The notes: generated from the sequence alone by a model not told the origin. A stretch of DNA of 64,000 nucleotides from Scyliorhinus canicula (GCF_902713615.1 NC_052150.1:86509270-86573269), one strand, 5' to 3'. Counted from the first letter of the stretch, positions 48,531 to 62,000 are shown. Numbers and translations: made by a program.

Positions 48531-48899
48531 CCATATATATATTGCACCTGTATGCATAACCGATTCAGATTCTCCATTGGTTGGAGATGACCTACAGACT
48601 TCCCACCGAAGACCCCAGGTAAATCTCAGTTTCACCTTTCTGTCCCTAGTGCTATAAATCGAGGGCTGCAGCCACTGACTGACACTCCATCATCTTCCCT
48701 GAGCTATTTCACGATCCTGTGATGACATATCAGAATAACAGAGCCCACTGCATCAGCATCTTTTATTTCTTAAAATTGGGTTGCTATTCTTTGACAATGG
48801 CATTTCAACCAGTTGATACATCAGTGATAAATAGGACTAATGGCCTCTTTCAACCAGATATCAGAGATGCTATAAAACAAGTAAGTAAAAATTTGATAA

Positions 48900-50828
48900 G
48901 GCCCGTGAAGGTGCATGGTGATTGAGAAATGCACCTGTTCCAGAAAATGTGGGCAGTATGCAAACTTTGTGCTGCCTGCTCATTGCTATGATTGTGACGC
49001 ATGGACCAGCACTAAACACATTGCTAACACATGTACGCTCAGCAGCTTTCAGCAAGCATGCTTAACACGTGTTACAGTGAGTCGCATGCCTGTTGGACAG
49101 ATCATCAATAATGTACATCCACCTAGTACAAACACATCGCAAGGCCCAAAGGTCCAAGAGAAAGAAAATCCATGTATCAGCGCTGAAGCAGCCTGACTGA
49201 AGAGAGGAATTCCAAGTGCAGCTCATAACCAATCTGAAAAATCTCATACATCCAACCCAATTTCAGAAGAATGGAGCCAAATAAAGTCAACTGTACTAGA
49301 CCCCTGTGCCCAGACTATGGGATTGAAGCATCATCATCACCAAATGTTGAATAAAAATAAGCAGCAGTCATTACCTGGCAGAGCAACCCAAGATTGCAGG
49401 TCAAGATGGCAACATTCCAACAGCTCAAGATTGACTCCCAAAGACAAATCCGGAAGATAAAGGACATGTGATGGGAAGAGAAAACCAAGGAATCCAAAAA
49501 GATCCTGTCCATCAGGACAGGCAATGCTTTTTCGAAGTCACCAGGACGACCTCTAGACCAAAGTCAAATGAACAAAACCCCCTTCACTCACAGGGTGGTG
49601 TTACTCTTCTGAAAATGACAATGCCATCCATCAACTCCATCATCCCCAACTGTGACTCCTCAATGGCAGCTGATACTTGCCAGGTTATCGCCCTGTGGTA
49701 GAATCCCACCCTCAATGGGAGAGCTGCAACACACAATCAAATGTATGAAAAGCATCATAGCCTGAGGTCCCAGCTCAGACCTCCAAAGCTGGCAGAACTT
49801 CATGGACTCATCTTTGAGAGGAAAAGTAACATCCCCTTCCCCAACTTCAGGAATGCAGCAGTTGCAACCACCTTCAAGGAGGGAGATAGATCATGCTGCA
49901 GAAGCTACTTCCCCTTTGTCAATAACAGGGAAAATCTGACAGGTATTCTCCTGAATCACCTATTTCCTGTGACTGAGGAAATCCTCCCAGAGATGCAGTG
50001 TGGCTTTAGACCTATCAGCGGAACCTCTGATGTAGTCGTTCTTTCCAAATCCAAGAAAAATGTTGAGAACAACACCAGGAATTGTACATTGCAATCACTG
50101 ACCTGCCAAATCATTTAACTCAGTAAATCACAAGGCTCTGTGGATTGTGCTCCAAAGACCTGGACGTCCAAAAAACTTCATCATAATCCTACAATCATTT
50201 TGTGATATTGTGTGACTGTTTTGAGGTGATCAGAAGCAGATCCTATCAAAATCCAACCCAGTGTCAAGAGATGTCGTGTGGTAGCCCCATGGTATTTAGA
50301 AACTGCCTGACAATGGCTATTTATCGCATCAAAGATCAATGCCCTCTGCTGTGGGTATTAAGTACTGCCGAGATGGAAAACTCTAACCTCAGTCACCACT
50401 GGGCCAAACTAAACTGACCACCATAAGCAGACATGATCCACGCTTTGTGAATGACTGCAGTTTCACTGCCCATGACCAATCTGAAAAATCTTCACATATC
50501 CAACCCAATTTCAGAAGTGGGGTCAAATACCTTTGCAAGCCACTTTCAATCTCTTCATTTCTGTAAATCAAAATCTCATCCTGTCCTTGAATATTGCCAC
50601 GAAAAAATGAATATATCAACTCCGATCTGGTCGGCCGATTTTTCCACCTCCCATATATGTTGAAGGAGAGATTCTGGAATATGTTGAGCACTTCCCATAC
50701 CTTGACAATCACCTCTCTCAAAAAGCCCCATTGAGGAGGGGATCCAACACTGGGTCAACTGCACCAGCTCAACCTTCTAGCAGTGAGTGTTTGACAACAA
50801 AGAACTTCACAAGTCAACCAAAGTCCTC
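48900..50828 (+). mobile_element. Old RTE-clade LINE fragments, heavily decayed and rearranged
   Basis: EEILPEMQCGFRP..GT.D, QEKC.EQ..ELY, LEYVEHFPYL, VFDNKELHKSTKV; a C-terminal-type VLP...Y.CDAWT piece lies upstream. Confidence 0.75.
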
Positions 50829-52031
50829 GGGCGTGATTTAATAGGTGCGTTACGCTTAAGCAGATCGTGGGAGAGGCCAAAAACGATAACCGCATCAAGA
50901 CCAATCTGTTTGCAATCGAACCAGCTCGCTCCCCTTGGCAGATCAGGATATTGCCTTAGCATAGCGAGAAACCAATCATCACCATTTAACCCGATCGCCA
51001 TGTAATTAACGGGAGCAACCCCCTATCTAACGGCCTCCCCAACAAGTGGTCATGCGGGCGCTGATTAGCATTCATTTTTAAAAACGTGAAACTGACGGAG
51101 GAGCTGCTGCGGGGACCCAAGGAGGTGAGTAGCCATCTTCGCTCACAGGCAAAGAGCCCGGGGGCACTGAGTTTGTTGCCATGGTGCTCAGAGGGGGCTG
51201 GGGGAGCAGCCGGGGGGGGCCAGTCTCGGTCGGTGTAAACCAGCATGGGAGGTGGGAGTCTTGGAGCAGGAGGGTGGCCGCCCTTGATCTCAGCTGGAGA
51301 GGGGTCCAATCGCCCACAGGTCTTCCCATGCCAACCCGTGGATCATGTGTACCCATTCCAGGTGCAACTGTCTGTCTGCTCCACCGACCACCCATAACTC
51401 CCATTGACCACGGAGGCCTCTGACCACGTGACTGAACGCTATAGCTAATTTAGAATTGGCAATCAGTTAAATGAGCAGCTCACATTTCCCAGTGGGTCCC
51501 CTAGGGTAGGTGTGTCATGTAGCATGTGGGGGTTATTGTCCAGCATCCTAATCATACTATGATGCCTGGATGCTGTGCCTGGAAACTGCAGGAAGCAACA
51601 ACATGGATGCAGCATCCAATGGCCAAATACCCAGGGGCTGGGCCCCTGATCCGGGGATATTACCACGATCGGAGGGTGGGAGAGTGCACCAGGGAGGGGA
51701 CCTGTGCCCGGTCCAGGTAACGTTACGGGCAGGTGACTGGGGTGCAGAGTGTGGGGTCCGGATAGCAGGTGCCCCCTCTGCAGCCGGTGGTGTATGGGCA
51801 GAGCGTGCTGGGGGGTGGGGAGCAATTGTGGTACTGGAGGGTCCCAGGGTGGAAGACATCACTGGCTGTCAGTCTCACACCCTCTCCTAAATCCTTACAG
51901 ATGTTGCACTGATAGATGGTGCGCCAGGAGTCCAGGACCCCAATGTCTGGGGCGATGAAGAATGGGATTGATGTTGGCCCCACACAACGGAAGAAAGCAC
52001 CAGAGGCGCCATATTGGTCGAGGTGCAGATA
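50829..52031. mobile_element. Harbinger-derived fragment
   Basis: Starts gggcgtgattt, GC-rich, interrupts the RTE; no right TIR identified. Confidence 0.45.
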
Positions 52032-52039
52032 TTTTAATG

Positions 52040-52860
52040 CAGTGTTCTTCAAAGTCGGGGGCGCAACCTGCGGGCGGGTAGCGGGCGGGTGTTGGGAGGG
52101 TCGAGGAGCCGTTGTCCGTGGCGCTCCCAATCGTGCAAATCCCCGCGCAGCAGCCGGCTTTTAATAAAGCCGGCAGCAAGGGGCCGCGAACATGTTAAAA
52201 AAAAGTCGGCCGCATTGTGCATGTGTGCACAATCATCGGGCACGCATGTGCGGTGCGGCCACTATTTTTTTAAAACTGTTGCAACCTTTTGGTTTACAAG
52301 TTCCGTAGTGGTTTTTATTCATTTAATATTTATTTTTGTCATTTATTTTATTCTTTTTTTTTACAAGTTCGGGGGGTTTTTATTCATTTTTTTCATTTAT
52401 TTTATTCATTTTATTTTTTGTTACAATTTCAGGGGGTGTTTTATTCATTTTTTTCATTTATTTTATTCATTTTACTTTTTTTTCAAAAGGTCGGGAGGGT
52501 TTTATTCATTTTTTTCATTTATTTTACTCATTTTATTTTATATTTTTACAAGTTCAGGGGTGGGGGTTTATTTGATAAAAATTTACAGGAAAAATATGTA
52601 GAACTTTGGACAGATGGAGACTCCATGCTTTCCGACACCGGAAGGCTTCACCTTCATCCAACAGGTTCCCTTGGAGAAGGACGAGGGCCAAAGGAACAAA
52701 AAACCATTTCCTCCATTTTTGTCAGCAGCAAACAAGGTAAGAGAAAATGGTGGGTTGCGCAGGTCAGCCAGCGTGGGTTGCGAAGGTCGGCCAGGTTGGG
52801 TTCCCAAGGTTGGCCGGTTGGTAAAAATGGGTCCCCGGAAAAAAAGTTTGAAGAACACTG
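52040..52860. mobile_element. hAT MITE (second family) with an internal AT-rich tandem repeat
   Basis: TIR cagtgttcttcaaa; perfect 8-bp TSD ttttaatg; about 5 units of ~55-65 bp at 52293-52570. Confidence 0.93.
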
Positions 52861-53769
52861 TTTTAATGGGTTTCACAGAGTGGCCACCACTGCCCCACTC
52901 TACCGATGGAGCCGCCCACTCTCCCCACCCCTCCCACACCCTTCCCACCCTCCCCTCCCATGCGCGCTCGCCCCTTAACCCATACCTACCCCTTTCATCC
53001 CCTGCCCCCCCCCCCCAGTGCTCGCTCAATGATCCTCAACATGCTTCACCATCCGTGCTCTTCCGCTGCATCTAGATGTTTCCCCAGGATGCACACCAGA
53101 GATAGAAGTAGCCTGCTGCTTGCAATTTTCTGTGGCCTTTGATGCACCTGGCGGGCGTCCTCTGGCGCCTCTGAGGCAGGAGGGCCCTGGTGCACCTGTT
53201 GGCAGCACATGCCCCGCCATGCCTGAAAAGCTGAAAAACAAATTCCTCACTAGGTCCTGTTTTCTCAATTCTCAAATGGCTAACACTTCAGGAGAGGACA
53301 ATTAAAATAGTTCAAATACAATCTGAAGCTCTCCTTGATGCACGGCAGCATTGACTCCAATGACTGGGAGAAGTTTGGTCCCAATCTTTCAGAATGGTGA
53401 CAACTTGTCCATCAAGCTGCATCATGCTTTGAGTCTACATCTAAATTATGAGACAGAAGGCTGGCAGAGTAGGAAGGAAAAGGAAGTAAATCCGGCTTTC
53501 CAGATCCCGCTACATTGTGAGACATCCTGCTCCACATGTCTAAAGATCGGTGGGTTGAGTACTGGCCAATTCAGTGAAATGAAAATTCATGACAGAAGCC
53601 CATGGCCCTGAGGAGACATCATCCTCGAATTGAGCGGCAGCCGCCAGAAGCTAGTCTACACTTCTTAAAGGCAGCTGACTTCTCCTAAAGGGGAAAGGCA
53701 TTCAGACTGCAGAAACTGATGAAGCGTCTGGCAAAGTCTTTCAGAGATGAGGTTACACCACTAATGGAG

Positions 53770-54360
53770 CAATAAGCCATGGACAGGTCTTCCAGGTCTA
53801 AGGTGGTGCTTGCGAGCCTTAATCCAGGAAATGGAAAGGAGGACTGAAGTCATGTTCCCTGAGGAGAGCCAGTATGGGCTCTCCAGGTACACACTGCAAA
53901 GGAAATGGGGCAGGTAGCCAGGGATGTCAATTCAAAGAGCCTGGTCTGAGCATTTGGCTCCAGGTAAGTGAATGCATCTTCAAATGCTATAACCTAACCA
54001 CTGCACCAACTAGCTCGCACACTGCTCAATGCACCCCCATAATCATCACCAACCCATCAGCAATGTCTAGCTACCAGGACTCCTTCCTAACATTCAAATG
54101 TTCCACCTCAAACCACACAAACTAAGCACACTACAAGCCATACATCTCACATGTTACAACTTCCATATTCTTACAACTATTAAGTAATGGCAGTCACACC
54201 ACCCAGACACATTCACTCTCATTCTTCCTTCTCTCTTGCAGGACAAGTTGGTAAAATAATAGAATGGAGCAGCAGAGAATTTGTAGGGAACAGATCTGCC
54301 CGCATCTCCTGAGGAATGAACTGAAGAGATGATGCTGCTGTGAATTATTGGACCCACTGA
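53770..54360 (+). pseudogene. Very old Harbinger Myb/SANT remnant
   Basis: LIQEMERRTEVMFP...LQRKW /fs/ QVARDVNSKSL; acceptor ctctcttgcag|gacaag (DK..) parallels cacag|EKRAHN. Confidence 0.5.
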
Positions 54361-55139
54361 AGTCATTGCAGCCAGTGTCACAGAGAACATTCAGGGTTGG
54401 CCAAATGGCTTCCTCCTGCACCATAGCAATCTGTTTTACGCACTTACAAATCCCACTTAATTCTCATCCTGCTTTCTGGCCCCAAGTACAAACTTCAGAT
54501 GGCGTAACCATGGACCCCTCACTTTCTACCCTCGCCCCAACCATCCCATATTCTGGATGTCTTGGGACTAATCATTTTGAGCTACTGCATCAATGACCAT
54601 CCCTTCATCATAAGGTCAGAAGTGAGGATATTTGCCAATTATTTCAGAATATTCAGTACTATTTGTGACTCAGAGATTGACAGTGTCTGTACTCACATGC
54701 AGCAAGGCTCGGGCAACTCTTGGTGGCTGAAAGTGGGCCAACAGGGAGTGTAGAGTTGGAGGAGAATGTCCCATCACAACAGGACAGAGGAATGGAAGGG
54801 ACTTATAGACTTGGAGAGGTTCACAGAGATGCATCTGAATTCAATCTCCTCTATTTAAGGTAATGGACAGGAGGTTTATAAGAGATGTAAGGAAAACCTT
54901 TTCACCCAGAGGGTGGTGGAAATCTGGAAATCACTGCCTGAAAGAGTGTTAGAGGCGGGAACCCTCAACATTTAAGAAGTATTTAGATGAGCATTTGAAA
55001 TGCCATACAAGGTACGGACCAAGTGCTGGAAAATGGGATTAGAGTAGATGGCTGGTGGGGACACGATGGGTCAAGGGGTCTCTTTCTGTGCTGTAAAAAC
55101 CCTATGACTATGGCTCTAATTAATAAGTGACGAGTAACA

Positions 55140-55486
55140 GGGTAGCACGGTAGCATTGTGGATAGCACAATTGCTTCACAGCTCCAGGGTCCCAGGTTCG
55201 ATTCCGGCTTGGGTCACTGTCTGCGAGGAGTCTGCAGATCCTCCCCGTGTGTGCGTGGGTTTCCTCCGGGTGCTCCGGTTTCCTCCCACAGTCCAAAGAT
55301 GTGCAGGTTAGATGGATTGGCCATGCTAAATTGCCCTTAGTGGCCAAAATTGCCCTTAGTGTTGGGTGGGGTTACTGGGTTATGGGGATAGGGGGGAGGT
55401 GTTGACCTTGGGTAGGCTGCTCTTTCCAAGGGCCGGTGCAGACTCGATGGGCCGAATGGCCTCCTTCTGCACTGTAAATTCTGTGA
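55140..55486 (+). mobile_element. HE1-like SINE
   Basis: Standard head, core and tail. Confidence 0.92.
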
Positions 55487-55920
55487 ACAATCGTGCCACA
55501 CATTCACAATGTGGATTATTTTTAACAGCCCTCTGCAATGCTACTCGGTTCAAGGGCAACTAGGGATGGACAACAAATGCTGGTCTTGCCAGTGATTCCC
55601 AGATCCCACAAAAGAATTTAAAATACATAAGTGCCAGGAAATGACCATCTCCAACAAGAGATAATCTAACCATCTCACTTTCAGTTCTAAGCAATTACCA
55701 TCACTGAATCCTCCCCAAAAAATCATGCTGAGAGTTATCATTGACCAGAAACTGAACTGGACCAACCATTTCGATAGTATGGCGACAAGAGGGGTTCAGA
55801 GCCAAGAATCTGTGATGAATAACGTGCCTCCTGACTCCCCAAAGATTATCCACAATCTACAAGTCAGGAGTAATTTGGAATACTCTCCACTTGCCTGAAT
55901 GAGGTTCAATGCCATCCAAG

Positions 55921-56160
55921 ATAATAATAATTGTCACAAGTAGGCTTATGTTAACACTACAATGAAGTTACTATGAAAAGCCCCTAGTCGCCACACTCCA
56001 GAGCCTGTTCAGGTACACTGAGGAAGAATTCAGAGCACATCTTTCAGGGCTTGTGGGAGGAAACCCACGCAGACACCACACAGACAGTGACCCAAGCCAG
56101 GAATTGAACCTGGGACCCTGGAGATGTGAAGCAACACTGCTAACCACTGTGCTACCGCAG
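55921..56160 (-). mobile_element. SINE with HE1-like head and gtgacaat(ta)-type tail
   Basis: Head as in the HE1-like copies; the 3' part gactaggggcttttca..gtaacttca..cttgtgaca is shared with 29075-29258 and the stub at about 43703-43759. Confidence 0.8.
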
Positions 56161-56719
56161 CCGGGTTGATTGGCATCCCATTTACTACCTTAAAACATAC
56201 ACTCCCCCACCACAGAAACAGAGTGTCCCGCAGTATGCAGCAATGTGTACAATCTGCAAGCTGCACTGCAGCAACTCACCAAGCCTCTTACAGCAGCAGC
56301 CTTCAAACCTGCAACCTCTAACACATAGAAGGACAAAGGCAGCAAACACATGGAAACACCACCTGCAAGTTCCTCTCCAGGTCACTCACGCGCTGACTTG
56401 AAAATATATTGCTGTTCCCTCACTGTTATTGGGTCAAAATCCTGGAACTCCCTCCCTAGCCGCACAGGGGGTGTACCACATGGACTGCAGCAGTTCAAGA
56501 GGCAGCTCACCGCCACCTTCTCAAGGGTAATTAGGGATGGGCAATAAATGCTGGCCTAGCCAGTGATGCCCACTTCCCATGAAATTATTATTTTTTAAAT
56601 TATGCTTTCAAATACCTTCGAATTGTTTCCTGGCCAACAAGCGCAGCCTTGTCATGAGTTCAGATAGAAGCAGGCATCAGAATGTTGATCATTGTAGCCT
56701 GACTTTGATTACACTCTTT

Positions 56720-58150
56720 TAAAACCCAAAAATAAACTAATTAACCAATTGATAGTCCCTTAAAGAGGCATTGTAACAAAAGGCAACACTTTAAAGAAAA
56801 CAAATTGACTTAAAATTATCCAGCCTCTGAGGTGCCCATCAGTGTAGAAGGCCTCAAGTCCCCTGGTGGACACTACATGCTCCCTCTACAGCAGGGGTGG
56901 GCAAACTTTTCCGTGCAAGGGCCACATTCAGAAATTCACAATTCACAAAGGGCCGCATAGTATATTAAGTAAAATAATTACTTCACCCGGTTATGATTCT
57001 GGGCGCCTCATATAGAACATAGAACAGTACAGCACAGAACAGGCCCTTCGGCCCTCGACGTTGTGCCGAGCAATGATCACCCTACTCAAGTCAACGTATC
57101 CACCCCATACCAGTAAGTAACCCAACAGCCCCCCCCCCCCCCATTAACCTTAAAAAAAAAAAAAATTTTTTTTTAAACATTTAAAAAAAAAAAAAATTTT
57201 TTTTTTTTTAATGATTTGGTGGGCCGCAGAAATACCTTTGGCGGGCCGCATGCGGCCCGCGGGCCGTAGTTTGCCCACCCCTGCTCTACAGGGACACCAG
57301 CGTGAAAATGTAGCAACGGAAGTGGGGGGCAGACAGTTGTGACTAAGAACTCCTCATCCGCCCGCTGCTTGGATCTGTTAATGGCCAGCTTGTCAGGCCC
57401 TGGAGCAAGCCCCTGCCCTGCATGCCTTGTCCACACCAGGTGGTCAAAGATCAGGAGAGTGGGGCTCACGTGCAACCAAAGTTTTAGCAGCAGTCCCCAT
57501 AAATAATCAAAACAGGTCTGCCGCCTCTGGCAACCAAAATTCCACAGACTCTTCAAGGATGCAGAAAATTCAGGAAGTCTGGGAATCCATCTTAGTCTAC
57601 AGTTGCATGGGACTGCTGCATGCAACACCCTCCTCATCGAATTGTCAATGATGGAGGGGAGGACTCCTACAAAGGGAGCCCTCCCTAAGGGGCCCCAAAA
57701 CCTCCAGATGACAGGACAGAATGCCACAACGTATCTGGATGGCGAGGAAGTGAAGGGTGTGCAGAGGCAGCCCTTACAGAAAACCCCTCCATGTGGAATA
57801 AAAAAGCACCAAAGGAATTTCTGCGAGATGGCTCAAACTCAAACTCAAATCCAGGTTTCCGAGGGAGGTTTCAGGACCTAGGATCAGTGTGAAATTCTGA
57901 TGGAACGTGAGTCAGTTTTGGCGGAAACCCACCACACGTTTTAGCAGCTTCCATGCCTCGTGTGCAGTCGGGGCTGAACCCCACAGCTTTAAGGCTGTGG
58001 ATGGTTATTTGCTGTGTGCTGGACATGAATAGACACGTGACGTGCCCCCAAGTCTGATTGCCCCAGCAGATTGAGCTGTCTCTTCCACCAGCATGGACGC
58101 CATTATCTGTGTGCTGTCCAGGCGTGTACAGGTAGTGAAGGGGCCTCATG
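56720..58150 (-). mobile_element. Tx1-like LINE 3' fragment, decayed
   Basis: Minus strand RVLHAAVPCN.RL, LAINRSKQRA; interrupted by a hAT MITE. Confidence 0.65.
56892..57283 (-). mobile_element. hAT MITE with SINE fragment, copy 3
   Basis: Both 16-bp TIRs intact; 8-bp TSD ctctacag; near-identical reverse complement of copy 1. Confidence 0.95.
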
Positions 58151-58619
58151 AGCCACATATAGATCAAAGTAGCTCTCTCTGCTACCTCTGCTGTATCTCC
58201 ATGTCGTACTGCAGCTCAAGTCAAACTGCAACAATAGCTCCCATGAGCGATAGCAAGTTTTCTTTTTACAGCCTTTCAAATTTCCCCAAACTCCTTGGAA
58301 CAATCGAACACTGCTTCTTTCTGACTCCAACAACTTTGAGAACACCTTGAACAACACTGAACACAGTATTTTCTGCAGCAGCTAAAGAAAGTCAAAAACA
58401 TTTTGCCTGAAAGTCCCATTGTGATTTCTTTAAATTATTCTGTGGGAGGTCCCTTGTGCAGTTCAGATGAGAGTGTCGGAGAAAGGTTCTTAATAGGACC
58501 AGCAAAATGATAGATTGAGTGCCAAATTGATATTTGAAACGTAGTGGCACCAGGATATGCCCACTCTGTATGTTTCCTGTGTGTGCACAGCTCATCCACA
58601 TGCAAACCACACCCACATT

Positions 58620-58942
58620 GGGCAGCACGATAGCACCCGTGGCTAGTATTGTGGCTGTACAGTGCCAGGGTCCTAGGTTCGATTCCCCGCTGGGTCACTG
58701 TCTGTGCGGAGTCTGCACATTCTCTCCGTGTCTGCATGGGTTTCCTCCGGGTGCTCCGGTTTCCGCCCACAGTCCAAAGACATGCAGGTTAGGTGGATTG
58801 GTTATGATAAATTGCCCTTAGTGTCCAAAAAGGTTAGGAGGGGTTATTGGGTTATGGGGATAGGGTGGAAGTGAGGGCTTAAGTGGGCTGGTGCAGACTC
58901 GATGGACTGAATGGCCTCCTTCTGCACTGTATGCTCTATGTA
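58620..58942 (+). mobile_element. HE1-like SINE
   Basis: Standard head, core and tail. Confidence 0.9.
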
Positions 58943-59092
58943 TCAAACCCTTACAGGTGTGATGCATTACCCAGGCCAAATCTGCACGTGGCTCAAAGTG
59001 CAGCGGCCATCATCTTCAGGACTCGAGGCTTCTGTAGCACCAACACAAATGGCACAAATGAGCTGAATTTTGAGGCAAGTGTCCCCACAATC

Positions 59093-62000
59093 TCCAGTAG
59101 CAACAAAATTATTTATTAATGAAAGGCAAAGGCTGATACACATACAGGATGGGTCATACATCCCCAACTCCAGGTTCCACACTGCCCGGGCCCCTGCTCC
59201 CAGGGTTCTCTGTTAATCGTTATTAGCCGGGGTTCACGCTCCCCATGCGATTGGCCTTAAGCCAGCCATGTGGACCGACAGGGCCACCCTGAAAGAGGCC
59301 ATGCTACCACATCCCTCCGCCATTAAATCCCTTATTACACTATACACAATAATGATGTACTGATTCTACATACATGGCAAAAGATATCAAGGAAGAGAGA
59401 GTTCATCAGAGTCAGATCATCCAGGAACTTGCAAGTTCCCCGGACCTCCTCAGTACTCCCATAACTCACCAGCCTCCGAGACAGTAATGTTGTCGGTGGC
59501 CGACAATGGTTCAGGAGGCCTTGGCTCTTCAGTTGGGAAACTGGTCTCACCGGCTTCCAGTGACACGTTGGGTTAACGCAGGACTCTGCTCAGTAACATT
59601 CACAGGAGTGTCAATAACACCAGTGGGAGCCATCTGCTTTGAAACAGTATTCGCCACGCCCAGCTCCTCAAATGATCGGTGTGATTTTTGATAGTTCTGC
59701 CATTTACATCCACCCAGTATGACATGGGCCAGAGTGGGATACAATTCACCCAGCTAACCACAGTGGGCCTAAGGCGAAATTTCAGACTAAGACCAGTACT
59801 CCCACCTTAATGATCTGTCGCTCCTCCATATAATCCATTGACTTCTCCGGGAGGCCTGACATACCTCCAACCTTCCTGCCAAATTAGAAAACATCAAATC
59901 CAAATGTGTTCTGAGGCGACGGCCCATCAGCAACTCGACAGATGTGACCCCCATGGTGGTGTGGGAGAGTCAGTCATGTTGTACGATAACATAAAATTAA
60001 CACATTGATCTGTCAAATTGTTTCCTCGTGGCATTTTTACAGATCTGTATGGCCGTCTCGTACAAATCATTAGACGCAGGGTACTATGGGGCCATTCTAA
60101 CTTGGCAAATGCCGTTTGCATGAACAAAATCTGGAAGGTGCCCCTTGTAAAAAGGGTATTGTCAGATACAATGGATTCTGGCCGTCAGTGTGTGGCAAAC
60201 ACTCGGCATAAGGTGTCCACCGTAGCCGCCAAGGTCGTGTTCTCCATTTGCTGTATAGACAGCCACTTAGAGTGGGCATCCATCAAAACTACATCTTGCC
60301 CAAGTAAAGGCCCGCGTAGTTAATGTGAATCTTGGTCCATGGGTGACCTAGAACTCCCAGGGGTGGAGACTGGCAAATGGAGGCAGTCATTGTTGAGTCT
60401 GACAGGGGGGGAAATTGCTGTACCATTTATTCGATGGCTTTATCAATTCCTGGCCATCATATATAGCTGCAGGCCAGGATCATCATCTTTGTTTGCCCTG
60501 CGTGGGCACTATGTAGCTCCTGTAAGAGAGGTCTCCTGACTGGTGGTGGAGTGATAGCTTGTGAGCCCCATAAATTACATCATCCTCACAGCACAGTTAA
60601 TGTTGGCGGGTTAAATAAGGTCTCAAATGCTTGTATTTCTCATGGTGCCACCCAGTCTGTATCCGTTTTACTTTCGACGATATTGGATACCGTTGGGTCC
60701 AATTCTAAGTGTAGCCAGCTGACACTGGTAAGGTGTACAAGAAGTTCAATGCCAAAATGATCTCCTGGGGTATTGGTGGAGGTTCCACATTTTTTGGTAA
60801 GGGGAGTTGGCTCAATGCACCTGCATTGGCAAACTGTATGCCAGGACTGTGCTGGAAGTCATAGTTGAAGGCCATCAGCAGCAAGGCCCAACATTACCCC
60901 CGATCGTGACTTATAAAGATTATAAGTGATTATAATGAATCGTTGTCCAAACACATATTAGTGTAATTACTTCACACCGTATATGTTTGCTAATCCCTCT
61001 TTCTCAATTTGAGCATAATTTTGATCCTCCTGCAAAAGGATCCTTGAGGCAAAGGTGATGGGCCGCTCAGAACCATCCCCCATCTTGGGGATAGTGCTAC
61101 CCGTATCCTGTGAGGAGATGCATTGCATGTGAGTACAATCAATTTCCCAAGGTTGAAGTGAAGTAAAAGATTCAAGGATTGCAAAACTTGCTTTACCAAA
61201 CAAAAGGGTGAGCACCCAATGCCACCGCTGATGTTTCCTTAGTAGCTGGCGTAATGGTGTCAATGTTGTGGCTAAATTCAAAATGTCATAATAATTTACC
61301 AGACTGAAGAAGGATTTGAACTCAGTTACATTCTTGGGTGCTGGGACCTCACGGATAACCTTGATTTCCTCCTCGAGGGGATAAAGACCTGTTAAATCTA
61401 CATGAATCCATCACTTCTGACCCTGGAATGTACATTTAACGCATTTGAAGCGGACACCCGTGTGCTCCAGGATAGACATGTGCTCTTCAAGAGCAGTCCC
61501 GGTGACCCGTTGAGGTGGACCATCACTTTGGGAATCCTTTGAAGGAAGTTTTCCATTGTATGCTGGAAAATAGCGCAGGCTGGTGCTATTCCAAATGGCA
61601 ATATCATGTACTGAAATAGTCCCTTCGGAGTATTTATCGTAGCAAACTGGGACTCTTTGTCCAATTCTAATTGTAAGTATGCATGGCTAGGATCTAATTC
61701 AGTCAAGGTAAGGCCTCCCTCCAGCTTGGGGTAGAGGTCTTCAATCCAGGGGATCAGATACCTATCCACCTATGCAGCCTGATTGATGGTTAATTTGTCG
61801 TCCCCACAGATTCTTATGGATCGATACGGCTTGAGAACTGAAAACTCAGAACTCAGAAAACTGAACCGGTCTGATTATGTCCAGTTCTTCTAATCACTTA
61901 AGCTCAACTTTGACCTTCTGATGCAGGAGATAGGGAACTGGTCTGCTGTAAAAAACTTGGGTGTTAAATCCAAAGTGACATAAATGGTGGCTTTCACATT

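Larger units (their letters stand above)
54570..56583 (+). mobile_element. Old CR1/L2-group LINE pieces (54570-54720, 55625-55920, 56160-56583) with an intervening CR1 3' end (54850-55110) and SINEs
   Basis: CINDHPFIIRSEVRIFAN (degenerate FADD), LEYSPLA, KSWNSLP; tail ggatgggcaataaatgctggcc. Confidence 0.7.

Noticed and set aside
52089-52978. Phe/Ile-rich membrane-protein-like ORFs
   Set aside because: They are translations of the T-rich tandem repeat inside a hAT MITE.
8775-58942. tRNA genes suggested by A/B boxes
   Set aside because: All are SINE heads followed by SINE cores and tails; I saw no complete cloverleaf.
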